A stretch of DNA of 64,000 nt, taken from positions 36,227 to 100,226 of the forward strand of contig DAMCAP010000005.1 of NCBI GenBank assembly GCA_032059445.1, written 5' to 3'. Made by a program: the position numbers and the translations under genes. This stretch comes from Oscillospiraceae bacterium (GTDB lineage: Bacteria; Bacillota; Clostridia; Oscillospirales; Ruminococcaceae). This document shows positions 9,353-19,054 of this stretch, one piece after another (position 1 is the first letter of the stretch; every line of letters starts with the position of its first letter). The notes beneath the pieces are model-generated. The model was not told the origin of the DNA and searched no databases. It saw nothing but the letters and a program-made list of their open reading frames with translations.

Positions 9353-10752
9353 ATGGTAGCCAGCTCCTGGTCTGTAATGTTTGATAAAGCCTTCGCGATA
9401 TAAGCAAAATCGCTGCACTCAATGGTGCGGACGTCTAGGATATAGCGATCTCTAGAGATCCTGCCGATAACTGGGATAGGGGATAGGCGGAGTTTTTCTT
9501 CCAGTTGGTTGGGGCTTAGCTGCCCACTGCTGATGGCAACAGCCCAGCTTGGGATCATCTGAGTAGGTACAGAGCCACCGCCAACCTGGCCTTGCTCTTC
9601 TACGACTTCAACGCTCAGGCAGCTTGCTGTAGCGCTGATCGCCTCGCTGAGTAGGCAGGCTTTGGCTTTGAGGGCCTCCTGATCAATTGCCAGCATCCCA
9701 AGGGTAGGGATGTTTTGCTCCACAGTATCGGTATCAAGATAGGCTCTGAGGGTAGCCTCCAAGGCAGCAAGAGAAAGCTTGTCGATCCTAAGGGCACGGG
9801 TAAGGGGGTTTTTCTTCATTGCATCGATATACTGCTTCTTACCTACAATTATGCCGCCCAGCAGCTTGTCGCCGCTGAAGCTGACTACATCTGCCCCCGC
9901 AGCAAGGCTGTCCATGACGGTAGGCTCATCGAGGATACCATATTTCTCAAGGCTTACCAAAGAGCCGCTGCCGATGTCATGGATTAAGGGAATGTTGTGC
10001 TCCTTTGCCAGCTCAGAGAGCTCAGCGATGGATACTTCTTTGGTAAAGCCCACAATCTTAAAGTTGCTGGTATGGACTTTTAATAGGGCAGAGGTAAGCT
10101 CGGGCTTAATGACGCGTTGATAATCGGCAAGGTGGGTCTTATTGGTAGTGCCTACCTCGATCAGCTTGCTGTTGCTCTGCTCCATGATCTCGGGTACTCT
10201 AAAAGACCCGCCGATCTCCACCAGCTCACCGCGGGAGATCACGACCTCTTTGTCACGGCAGAGTGTGCCGAGAATCAGCATTACAGCGGCAGCGTTGTTG
10301 TTGACTGCCATAGCTGCTTCGGCACCTGTAAGCTTGGTAATCAGGCTCTCTACATGGGTATAGCGGCTGCCGCGCTTGGCTTTTTCTAAATCATATTCCA
10401 GTGTGGAGTATCCTTTTGCTACATTTGCAACCGCTTCTGCAACCTGCTCACTCATTTTAGCTCTGCCGAGGTTGGTGTGGAGCACGATGCCTGTACCATT
10501 GATTACACGACGTAGGCTAGGAGTGGATTTACGGGTAATTAGGGCGGCGGTGCGGATTTCGATCTCTTCACGGCTGGGCAGAGAAGAAATTTCACCTGCC
10601 AACACGGCGCTGCGAATACTCTGGATGGTTTCTCTGACCGCCTCAATGACTGTATTGTAAGGTGCTCCCTTGCAACGCTCCAACAGGGTTTCGGAGAGGA
10701 GCAATTCATCTACTTTGGGCAGGGAGCGCAAAAGCTGGGTATTTGGCAGCAT
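9349..10752 (-). CDS. selA: L-seryl-tRNA(Sec) selenium transferase SelA
   Basis: N-terminal [12 protein letters not shown] and PLP-lysine motif FSGDKLLGG. The start is uncertain (ATG 10752 or 10764), and the ORF track start at 10881 looks too far upstream. Confidence 0.85.
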   Translation of the reverse strand: MLPNTQLLRSLPKVDELLLSETLLERCKGAPYNTVIEAVRETIQSIRSAVLAGEISSLPSREEIEIRTAALITRKSTPSLRRVINGTGIVLHTNLGRAKMSEQVAEAVANVAKGYSTLEYDLEKAKRGSRYTHVESLITKLTGAEAAMAVNNNAAAVMLILGTLCRDKEVVISRGELVEIGGSFRVPEIMEQSNSKLIEVGTTNKTHLADYQRVIKPELTSALLKVHTSNFKIVGFTKEVSIAELSELAKEHNIPLIHDIGSGSLVSLEKYGILDEPTVMDSLAAGADVVSFSGDKLLGGIIVGKKQYIDAMKKNPLTRALRIDKLSLAALEATLRAYLDTDTVEQNIPTLGMLAIDQEALKAKACLLSEAISATASCLSVEVVEEQGQVGGGSVPTQMIPSWAVAISSGQLSPNQLEEKLRLSPIPVIGRISRDRYILDVRTIECSDFAYIAKALSNITDQELATI

Positions 10753-10970
10753 AAAACACAACATTTCTCCGTATGTAGATTTTGACCGTTCGCAGCCATA
10801 CGGTGCTGAGAGCGGGGGCTCTGGCAAGCTCCATTGCTTGCACAAGATGAGCGTATCAAGTATTGGGGGGTACATCCCCATTTACAGTGTAGTTTAACGG
10901 GCATATTATAAGCAAATATGGTGCAACATTGGTATACCTAGGCGCTCCAATGTTGCCTGATATTTACCTA

Positions 10971-11010
10971 CAAAAAGGACAGACAACAGCGATGTACCAT
11001 TGCCTGTCCC
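10971..11010 (-). terminator. intrinsic terminator after grdD
   Basis: Minus strand reads GGACAGGCA...TGTCTGTCC followed by TTTTTG. Confidence 0.6.
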
Positions 11011-11055
11011 ATCGTCAGTGGAGACGAAATTTTGCAGGAAGAAACCTAATTGAGA

Positions 11056-12216
11056 TTACTGGGTGATCCAGCCTGCATCCTTAAGCACCTTAAAGCTCTC
11101 TTCTGCTCTCTCCTCAGGTACGAGGATGATTGGACCGGTGCAGCCCATGCCGCTCTCAGCATAGATGCCTGCCTTCCAGAGGGACTTTACAGCATCCTCT
11201 AGATCCATGATCTCTACACCTGCCAGCTGAGCAGTTACAACTACCTTAGGAGGAGCTACAACCTCTGCCTCTTCGGCAGCAGCAGGCTTAGCAGCAGCCT
11301 TGCGGGCAGCGAGGAGCTGCTTTAGGCCAGCCTTGTCAGCAGCAGCAAACTCAGCAGCAGCTACTGCACGGTAGTTGCCTCTTACCAGCTCGCCAGCATA
11401 CTCGATTGCACCAGCCAGTACAGGAGCGCCGGAAGCACGAGAAACGATCATAACCAGCTTCTCATAGCCCTGACCGATGCCGGGGCCATAGCCGTAGCCG
11501 ATAGACTCATAGCTGCCGCCGGTGGTGTAAGCGCTCATCATCTTCATGATGATGTTACCGGTCAGAGAGTCAGCAACGATAACATCGCAAGCGCCGGAGA
11601 GAAGGTCGTTACCTCTCATGACACAGCCGCCGTCTGCACGGTCGGAGGAAGCGAAGTTGATCTCGTAGCCACTAGCTGCCAGCTGCTTTAATGCACCCTC
11701 GGTAGCTCTAGCGCCGTCAATATTTAGGATACCAACAGTTGGGTTCTTGATACCGCAAGCCTTAGCGGTGATGATACCATAGATAGCATTTTTGATCATG
11801 CCCTCTACACGGTCAGCAGAGGAAGTACCAGTGGTGGTAGCTACATACATCTGCTTGCCCTTGCCGGGAGTGATCACACGACCTACGGTTGAAACACCGA
11901 TGGGGAAGGGGAAGTGCATGGTGACAGCGCCATCGATTTCGCCGCTGTCGAGCATGGATTCCATTTTTTTGTGAGCCTCGTCTTCACAGCTAACCTTGGC
12001 GGTGGTGAAGGAAGGATCTTCCATGGTGCCGATCAGGGTTACGTCAATACCCTTTTTGGCAGCCATTGCAGCAGCAGCTACAGCGTTTGCTTCGCCGTGC
12101 TCACTGCCCAGACCAGTCAGAGCGATCTTTGGACGGTTGCCAAAGCTGCCGGACTCTAGTCCGTTTGCCATATCCAAGAAGGTTTTGGCGATGATTTTTT
12201 CGATGTTGTTAGCCAT
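11056..12216 (-). CDS. grdD: glycine/sarcosine/betaine reductase complex protein C, alpha subunit GrdD
   Basis: Follows grdC. Start set at ATG 12216 (MANNIEKII) because the upstream GTG lies inside the AGGGGTGG RBS. About 386 aa, typical GrdD size and operon position. Confidence 0.8.
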   Translation of the reverse strand: MANNIEKIIAKTFLDMANGLESGSFGNRPKIALTGLGSEHGEANAVAAAAMAAKKGIDVTLIGTMEDPSFTTAKVSCEDEAHKKMESMLDSGEIDGAVTMHFPFPIGVSTVGRVITPGKGKQMYVATTTGTSSADRVEGMIKNAIYGIITAKACGIKNPTVGILNIDGARATEGALKQLAASGYEINFASSDRADGGCVMRGNDLLSGACDVIVADSLTGNIIMKMMSAYTTGGSYESIGYGYGPGIGQGYEKLVMIVSRASGAPVLAGAIEYAGELVRGNYRAVAAAEFAAADKAGLKQLLAARKAAAKPAAAEEAEVVAPPKVVVTAQLAGVEIMDLEDAVKSLWKAGIYAESGMGCTGPIILVPEERAEESFKVLKDAGWITQ

Positions 12217-12227
12217 GTTAGCCACCC

Positions 12228-13760
12228 CTATTCTTTGATGAGGGACGCTGCAAAATCCTTTAGCGCATTTGCAATCAGGCCCTTGATCTTCTCTTCGGAA
12301 ACAGCACCCTCTTCGCTAGCGCCGCTGTTCTTCTGCATGACGAAGGAAACGCCGTCAAACAGGTTGGTCATTCTGCCCAGGAACAAGCTGCCCTTACCGA
12401 TGATCATGGTGTTGTTGATCTTGCCGGAGAGAATGTCTTCTCTGCCGAAGCCGATGTAAGGCACGCCAGATGGAATATGACCCTGAGTTGGAGCCCAGCC
12501 CACCATACCGTGCTTCTCTGGGAAGCTTGCAAGGTCAGCCTTCTCTAGCTCGCCTCTCTTTACGCCTAGAGCTGCGATCATCTTGTAGTTGGCCAGTGGC
12601 ACGTCGCCAGCGCCTGCAGGCTTGGTAACGTCTGGGTTCTGCATCTCTACGGAGTACTTGTCGATGTCGGTGATCTTGAGTCCTGCCTTATCCAGAGGAG
12701 AGGTTACCAGAGAGGTGATAACTGCCTGAGGAGAAGAGCCAGTACCAACGGTGTGACGACCGGTCATGTTGGAAACGATCTCAGGGTTGATGCCGTCATT
12801 CTTGCTTACCAGTACAGCAAAGCCGCCCAGTACGTCTTCAAGGATAGGCATGTTCTTCTTAACATGGTCCTTACCGTTCATGCCCAGCTTAGCAGTACAG
12901 CCGCCTGCTGCTACAACTACGTTTTCGTAGGTGCCAGAAGCAACCAGGCCAGCAGCAATGATCATAGCGTGGGTAGGAGCAGCACAGAAGCCACGGACGT
13001 CGGAACCGGAAGCATTGGAGAAGCCTGCGATCTCAGCAGCAGCCTTAGCGAAGTTGCCGCCACCACGCTGGTTCATATCGCCGCAAGCCTCTTCGGAGCA
13101 GTCGATTACATAGTCGATGGAGTTCTTATCTAGACCTGCATTGTTGATTAGATGCAGCAGGGAAAGTACGCAGGAAGCCTTGGAAACAAGGTTCTCGTGA
13201 ATGATGTGTGCGTTGAGGTTAGCGTCAACGTCATGAGCTCTCTTGACATAGCCTACCAGCTTACCATCGTGGAAGAGGGGCTCAGCATGCTCGTCATTGA
13301 CAAAGTGCTCGATCTCAGAGAGCTCTACGCCAGCCTTAACTCTTGCAATAATGTCATCAGACATCAGAGGGTGAGCCTTAAATGCAGGTAGAGTAGCCTC
13401 TACGAAGTTTTTCTCAAGCTTTAAGAGGTCAAACACGTCGCATACTTGCATCAGCATCAGGTACTCTTCCTGAGGCATGATCTCGCCCAGCTTGCCGTAG
13501 CGCTTAGCATCGGTCATTGGCTTCTCGTACCAAGGCATCTCGATTGCACCAAGCTCCTCAGGAGTCATGTTGCCGATGTAGGTCTGGTTGGGGTAGTAGT
13601 TGACTGCTGCCTTGTAATCTCTGATATGCTCAGGGAGCTTCTTGAGGTATTCGGAGCCGGGGTTAACGATCTTCTCAGTGGTCTGAGTAGTACCGTTTTG
13701 CATGATCATATCTGGTGTATGCACCAGAACATAGCTCGTTGCCTTTACAACACTGTTCAT
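12228..13760 (-). CDS. grdC: glycine/sarcosine/betaine reductase complex protein C, beta subunit GrdC
   Basis: 510 aa thiolase/ketoacyl-synthase-like protein sitting between grdA and grdD, as in described grd operons. Confidence 0.8.
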   Translation of the reverse strand: MNSVVKATSYVLVHTPDMIMQNGTTQTTEKIVNPGSEYLKKLPEHIRDYKAAVNYYPNQTYIGNMTPEELGAIEMPWYEKPMTDAKRYGKLGEIMPQEEYLMLMQVCDVFDLLKLEKNFVEATLPAFKAHPLMSDDIIARVKAGVELSEIEHFVNDEHAEPLFHDGKLVGYVKRAHDVDANLNAHIIHENLVSKASCVLSLLHLINNAGLDKNSIDYVIDCSEEACGDMNQRGGGNFAKAAAEIAGFSNASGSDVRGFCAAPTHAMIIAAGLVASGTYENVVVAAGGCTAKLGMNGKDHVKKNMPILEDVLGGFAVLVSKNDGINPEIVSNMTGRHTVGTGSSPQAVITSLVTSPLDKAGLKITDIDKYSVEMQNPDVTKPAGAGDVPLANYKMIAALGVKRGELEKADLASFPEKHGMVGWAPTQGHIPSGVPYIGFGREDILSGKINNTMIIGKGSLFLGRMTNLFDGVSFVMQKNSGASEEGAVSEEKIKGLIANALKDFAASLIKE

Positions 13761-13866
13761 GGGTTAGTTACCTCTTTCTAAAATGTGTTTGTTTTAGGGC
13801 GATATAAAAATAAAAAAGATGACATAGCGCCAACAAGCCACCACATCATCATTCTATCGAAGATAT

Positions 13867-13928
13867 TAAAAAACGCCAGCGGGGTAGACCCAACCCAAGA
13901 GTTGCCCAGGAGAGCAACCCCGCTGGCG
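13867..13928 (-). terminator. intra-operon terminator/attenuator between grdA and grdC
   Basis: Minus strand has an 11 bp outer stem CGCCAGCGGGG/CCCCGCTGGCG with an inner GTTGC/GCAAC hairpin, followed by TTTTTTAATAT. Confidence 0.6.
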
Positions 13929-13969
13929 GCACGGAAATAGGTAGATACTAGTTCCGTAACGGCGTTAGA

Positions 13970-14440
13970 TTAGAACTTACAGAACTGCTCACGAATGCCA
14001 GACATCTCGTTTGCGATATCCTCAACATCGATTACCATTTCCATCATGCTAACCTGCTCGTCGTATACATCCTCAGCAACTTCCGACTTCACTTCTTCTT
14101 CGCAAATGTGGTAAACCTTTAGTCCTAACTGGACATTAGTCAATGGACCTGCGAAAGTTGGATCTCCAGCGGTAACAGTTTCAGCAGCCAGGCCAGCAGC
14201 CTCGCTCTCGGCAGCACCTAGGATAACTACTAGGTTTTCTGCGCCGAACTGATCAGCGAAATCCTTAACTCTCTTTTGATTCTCTAGATCCATTGCACCA
14301 GCAGCGGTTCAGACGAAGCACTCCGTAGCGGAGTAAACAACGTCAGCGCCAGCAGTCTTTACGCACTCTTCGATTGCGGGACCTGGCACACCGTCTCTAT
14401 CGCCGATGATGATAACTTTTTTACCATTTAACAGGCTCAT
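13970..14440 (-). CDS. grdA: glycine reductase selenoprotein A (GrdA); UGA at 14309-14311 read as Sec44
   Basis: ATG 14440 gives [55 protein letters not shown]..., in frame with ORF 13970..14293. The CFVUTAAGAMD motif is the GrdA hallmark. Confidence 0.92.
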
Positions 14441-14560
14441 AGATCTTCCTCCTTTTTTTATTCTTTATAAAAAGCCCAAAAGGGACTTTTTATCGATTGT
14501 GATGTGGCTGTTTTGTAGATTGCAGACAGCGCAACTGCGGGGTAGGGGATAAAGAAGCCC

Positions 14561-14878
14561 TTACAGGTACTTCTTAATCATAGCCTCGATCGCCTCAGGA
14601 GTGCAATCCTCCTTAACCAGCTCCTCGATCTTCTCGCCGCCCTTATAGATAGCCATTACAGGCAGGCCCATGATCTTCTGGCTGATTGCAAGACGTCTAG
14701 CCTTGGTGGTGTTCATAGCGGTAAACTTCAGGGATGCGCCATAGGTATCAGCAAAAGCGTGTACGGTTGGCATCAGAGCCTGGCAAGGCACGCAGCCGTC
14801 ACCGTAGAAGTCAACAAATACATGGCCCTCGGCCTGCAGTACTTCAGCTTCGAAGTTGTCTTTGGTTAACTCGATCAT
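14561..14878 (-). CDS. trxA: thioredoxin with GCVPC active site
   Basis: Start at MIELTKDNFEAEVL. The active site is DFYGDGCVPCQ rather than WCGPC. Confidence 0.85.
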   Translation of the reverse strand: MIELTKDNFEAEVLQAEGHVFVDFYGDGCVPCQALMPTVHAFADTYGASLKFTAMNTTKARRLAISQKIMGLPVMAIYKGGEKIEELVKEDCTPEAIEAMIKKYL

Positions 14879-14944
14879 TATTATCACCTCATAATTTATT
14901 TTATCCACCCGCCGGTGCATGACCGGCGGGATAGATAGTTTAAT

Positions 14945-15880
14945 TTAGTGGTTCTCGACGTAGTGGCCAGCATTTACAGCAGCGATAGCGCCGTCTGCAG
15001 CTGCGGTTACTACCTGACGTAGGCTCTTAACACGGATATCACCAGCAGCAAATACACCGGGGATATTGGTGCGCATCTCATCGTCAGTTACGATATAGCC
15101 GTTCTTCATCTCGACCTTGCCCTGTAGGAAGTCGGAGTGAGGGTCAAAGCCGATGAATACAAATACGCCGAAGGTGCCGTCGTCTTCGTCTGCTTCGATC
15201 ACACGGGTCTCGCCGGTCTTGACATTCTTGACCACCATAGAGGTCAGGATGCCATCGCCTCTAAGCTCCTCGATGACACTGTCCCACATAAAGTCCATCT
15301 TGGGGTTGGCAAATGCCTTCTCCTGGATAGACTTAGCAGCACGCAGAGCGTCACGGCGGTGGATGATGGTAACCTTGCGAGCAAACTTGGTCAGGTACAT
15401 AGCTTCCTCAACGGCAGAGTCGCCGCCGCCAACTACGTATACCTCGAAGTCCTCAAAGAAGGAAGCATCACAGGTAGCGCAGTAGGAAACACCCTTACCA
15501 ATATACTCTTGTTCGCCGGGACAGCCGATTGGCTTTGGATGAGCGCCAGGAGCAAGAATAACGGACTTAGCCTTATACTCACCCTTGATACCCTTCAGTA
15601 CCTTCACATCGCCTTCCAGCTCAACATCGGTGATAGTATCCATTACTCTCTCGCAGCCAAATTCGTTGGTCTGTCTGGTCATTCTGGCTATCAGCGAAGG
15701 ACCTGTCTCATGCTCAATGCCGGCAGGGTAGTTCTCGATCTCACTGGTGATAACGATCTGACCGCCGTCCTTAGCTTTTTCGATGATCAGGGTACTTAGT
15801 CTGGCTCTGCCTGCGTAAAGGCCGGCTGCAAGTCCAGCTGGGCCTGCACCTACGATAATTACATCATAAATCTTGCTCAT
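14945..15880 (-). CDS. trxB: thioredoxin-disulfide reductase
   Basis: Motifs GAGPAG (FAD), CATCDA (redox disulfide) and GGGDSAVEEA (NADPH). 311 aa. Confidence 0.9.
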   Translation of the reverse strand: MSKIYDVIIVGAGPAGLAAGLYAGRARLSTLIIEKAKDGGQIVITSEIENYPAGIEHETGPSLIARMTRQTNEFGCERVMDTITDVELEGDVKVLKGIKGEYKAKSVILAPGAHPKPIGCPGEQEYIGKGVSYCATCDASFFEDFEVYVVGGGDSAVEEAMYLTKFARKVTIIHRRDALRAAKSIQEKAFANPKMDFMWDSVIEELRGDGILTSMVVKNVKTGETRVIEADEDDGTFGVFVFIGFDPHSDFLQGKVEMKNGYIVTDDEMRTNIPGVFAAGDIRVKSLRQVVTAAADGAIAAVNAGHYVENH

Positions 15881-15912
15881 TATTCTTACCCCTTTTGTAA
15901 TACGTTAATGGA

Positions 15913-17226
15913 CTACTTTACGTCAAAAATAGTCTGCTCGGTAACTTCAGTAGAAAGAGCCTCAAGAGCGGTGCCCATGATCTTTCTTCTGATTTCCTTC
16001 TCTTCCTCCATGGAGAGAGCAGGGTTGCCCAGTGGGTGAGGGATAGCAATTGCTGGTACGATTCTGTTAGCACCAACAGTCATGGAGATAGGAGTTACAG
16101 TACATACGTGTACTACGGTGATGCCAGCTCTCTCGATTTCCTTTACCATCGTTGCGCCGCAACGTGTGCAGGTTCCTCAAGTGGAGGTCATGATAGCTGC
16201 GGTTACTCCGGCATCTACCAGTTCCTTGGCATATGCAGCAGCGAACGCCTTAGAGCTCTTTACTGCAGTACCGTTACCGGTAGTGGAGTAGAAGTAGTCA
16301 TGCAGCTTGCCGATCTTGCCAGCCTTCTCAAACTCACGCAGGACATCGATCGCCATTACGCGGTCAGCATCTTCGTTGGCATAGACTGGGTCATAGCCGC
16401 CGTGAGCAGTCTCGTAGGTCTCGGAGGTCATATCCATAACGCCAGCAATGTTGTACTTGCCGCACTTGGTAGCGTTGGAAGACTCGATTCTATCTGGGTT
16501 GCCCTTAGGTACGATACCGCCGGAAGTTACAACGGCAACGATAGCCTTAGACAGATCCTTAATAGCAGGATTTGGAGCAACTCTGTCGAAGTCAGGCATT
16601 GGCAGCTCGGTTACGAACTCAGCGCCCTTCATCTTCTTGAGAAGCATGTCAACAGCTCTCTTAGAGCCTCTGTCCTTCTCAAACATGTTCTTTCTTACGC
16701 CGTTTGGCAGGTAGCCTTCAACAGCAGAAGCAAGGATCTCTTCGCCGCGAGCCAGCTTCAGAGCAAGAGGAGCCATCTTCTTAACAGCATCTCTCATGCC
16801 AGCTGCGCTGTTCTTGGTCTCTACGATCAGGACCTTGTCCTTAAACATGTCAGCGCCTGGGTTCTCTTTGTACATACCTGTCAGTACAGGGATGTTTAGC
16901 TCGTTTGCTACAGCCAGTGCGATAGTTCCGCAAGCTACGCCGTAACGTCCAGCATTAAATGCAGGACCAGCCATAAATACATCTGGGTTAAAAGGCTTGA
17001 TCATCTCGATAACTTCAGCCTTAGCCTTATCGAAGTTCTCGTTGAAGTAGGAGTCACCGCAGATGATGGTAGCTACGATTTCAGCGTCATTGCCGAAAGC
17101 AGTATTAAAAGCAAGACCAGGACCTACAACGCCTTCTCTTACTTCTGGCTTATAATCAGCCATTTCTTCGCCGCCGATCTGTGCAAAGAACTGGTTGATA
17201 TATTGTACAACTCTAATCTTTCCCAT
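15913..17226 (-). CDS. grdB: glycine reductase substrate-specific selenoprotein B (GrdB family); UGA at 16177-16179 read as Sec350
   Basis: ORFs 16177..17226 and 15913..16149 are in frame. The junction reads AAIMTST-U-GTCTRCGATMVKEIE, the GrdB U-x-x-C-x-x-C motif. A hairpin CGUUGC-GGC-GCAACG lies at 16150-16164. Confidence 0.92.
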
Positions 17227-17247
17227 GGTCGTAAATCTCCCTTCTTA

Positions 17248-18528
17248 TTATCTAGCGCTCAGTCTGTTGAAGCCGAGCTCGTTGGTAGCGCCGGTGATAG
17301 CCTGTAGCTCAACGGTGATGTTGCCGTTAGCATCGGTGTTGCCATCGAAGCCGCCAGCGATACGATCAACATAGTCTAGGTGGCCGATTACCTTGTCCAG
17401 CTTAGGCAGTACGATAACAGCATTTGCGTTACCGCCAGTTACAACTGCGGTTGCGCTTGCGTCAGCGTCAGCAAGAGACTGGGAGGAACCGTCACGTCCA
17501 GCATACTCGTCGGTGATGATAACGGTTGGGATATTCTTAGCTTCAACCTTCTTGCAGTTCATGATCAGGTCGGTGTCGGGGTTGCCGAAGCCTTCCTGAG
17601 AGATGATAGCGCCGTCGAGGCCTAGGAACTCAGCTAGCTTAGCGGTCCAGTCAGAGGAGCGCTCCTTGTCAGCCAGGTATACGTTTTCGTTGGTGATGAT
17701 TACGCCTACGAAGTTGATCTCCTTGCCATGCTTAGCAAACAGGTCGTGTACAACTGGGTTGTTGAGGTGGTGGTAAGTGGTATTCTTGTCACAAGAAGAT
17801 ACGCAGTTACCGCTGATGATAGCGCCGTCCATGATCTCGGTTGGGTTGATGATGGTGGTCAGGGTTCTCTTAGCGTCTACACCGTATACATAGGTGTCGT
17901 GCATCAGACCCTGGCTCTGCAGCATCTGGATATAGCCTACTCTAGGCAGCTCTGGGAACTTCTTGATGCCCTCAGAAACAGAGTAGGTCTCAAAGGTATC
18001 GATAGAGTCTGGAGTTAGGTTACGAGCCAGCTCACCTAGGTATACAGCAACCTTTAGGCCTGCATAGCGAAGTGCCTTCTCATGCTGGTGAGGAGCAAGA
18101 CCCTCTGCTGGCTCTGCAATCATAACCAGATTAGCGGTCTTGGAGAAAGGAGTGTAATCAGCGCCAGGGCCAGTCATATCGATGATACCTTCCTGGAAGC
18201 CTACAACCTTACCAGTAGTAACTACAGCAGCGCCCTTTAGTACGTGGGTGCGTCCGTTACCAACAGTCTCAACCTTGGCGATAACGCCAGGGAACATACC
18301 GCCGGTGCCAGATACCTTTACACGAGGCTCGATAACGTCCTTGACTGGTGTGATTCTTACGCTCTCACCTGGTCTTGCGATGTCAAAAGCACAGGATGCG
18401 AGGTTTTCGTCCTCCAGTACAAGTGCCTTTACTGCTTCTGCGTCGACGAACAATACGCCGTTCTCGACCTTTGATTCATTTGAAAACTGAATGTCATGAA
18501 TATTTACATATCCTAATTCAAGTTTCAA
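17248..18528 (-). CDS. grdE: glycine reductase proprotein GrdE (GrdE/GrdG family, self-cleaving)
   Basis: The start is probably TTG 18528 (MKLELGYVNIHDIQF), 8 nt after AGGAGG; the GTG at 18537 abuts the RBS. It contains ISGN-C-VSS, consistent with the Asn-Cys autoprocessing site of GrdE-type proproteins. Confidence 0.8.
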   Translation of the reverse strand: MKLELGYVNIHDIQFSNESKVENGVLFVDAEAVKALVLEDENLASCAFDIARPGESVRITPVKDVIEPRVKVSGTGGMFPGVIAKVETVGNGRTHVLKGAAVVTTGKVVGFQEGIIDMTGPGADYTPFSKTANLVMIAEPAEGLAPHQHEKALRYAGLKVAVYLGELARNLTPDSIDTFETYSVSEGIKKFPELPRVGYIQMLQSQGLMHDTYVYGVDAKRTLTTIINPTEIMDGAIISGNCVSSCDKNTTYHHLNNPVVHDLFAKHGKEINFVGVIITNENVYLADKERSSDWTAKLAEFLGLDGAIISQEGFGNPDTDLIMNCKKVEAKNIPTVIITDEYAGRDGSSQSLADADASATAVVTGGNANAVIVLPKLDKVIGHLDYVDRIAGGFDGNTDANGNITVELQAITGATNELGFNRLSAR

Positions 18529-18562
18529 ATTGAACACCTCCTTGTTTGTAATTTGTTTGAAT

Positions 18563-18931
18563 TTAGTAATGCAATAAAGCTCCTTTTATCAGCGCGAGAT
18601 CTACTATCTGAAAATCCTCCGCTACTTTAGGAGGCAATATTGGATATTTTACGGGGAACTTATCACAAGTCATGATGCTGTTTTCGATGATGGTTGTATC
18701 TTCAAAATTCAGCTTGGTGGCTTGCCCCTCTATGATCACCGACTTGTATGGTGTTTCGTTGGGCTTGACACTGCCAGATAGGGGGTGCGTAAGCAACTTG
18801 TGCCCTTTAAAGATCAGATCCCTAACCTTGACCAGCACCTCGCGATAGCTGCAATCGGCATAGATTACCTCATATTCGTTCCCAAAGGTGCTATTTACTA
18901 AGGGGTTGTTTGTAATGATTAATATGCTCAT
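18563..18931 (-). CDS. grdX: GrdX protein (grd operon accessory, function unknown)
   Basis: Start at MSILIITNNPLV with GGGAGA RBS, 122 aa. It is the first gene of the operon, as grdX is in other Clostridia. The longer track ORF runs into the riboswitch and leader terminator. Confidence 0.65.
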   Translation of the reverse strand: MSILIITNNPLVNSTFGNEYEVIYADCSYREVLVKVRDLIFKGHKLLTHPLSGSVKPNETPYKSVIIEGQATKLNFEDTTIIENSIMTCDKFPVKYPILPPKVAEDFQIVDLALIKGALLHY

Positions 18932-19013
18932 AAAATCTCCCGGGTAAATATTTATCTTGATCTGGATGTGCAGCGCATAAAAACGCCGCAACATGTGCCC
19001 GGCACCTGCTGCA

Positions 19014-19054
19014 AACAAAAAAGAGCAAAGGACAAATAATATGCACTTTGCTCT
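19014..19054 (-). terminator. leader terminator (expression platform of the glycine riboswitch)
   Basis: Minus strand reads AGAGCAAAG-15 nt-CTTTGCTCT followed by TTTTTTGTTT. Its 5' arm overlaps the 3' side of aptamer-2 P1 (ACAGAGC). Confidence 0.75.

Noticed and set aside
10752-10881. 43-codon N-terminal extension of selA in the ORF track.
   Set aside because: The extension (MGMYPPILDTLILCKQW...) has no similarity to SelA N-termini, which begin near LLRxLPxVDxLL. The region folds into leader hairpins.
16036-16899. Long antisense ORFs inside real genes. Examples: 16036..16899 (287 aa) opposite grdB, 15137..15799 opposite trxB, 45700..46548 opposite the KdgT-like gene, 20758..21168 opposite yedE, 43425..43961 opposite the amidohydrolase, and 27363..27959 opposite valS.
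   Set aside because: They have low-complexity, Ser/Ala/Arg/Leu-rich translations and no RBS. Each lies fully within a gene with strong family motifs on the other strand, the typical shadow-ORF pattern.
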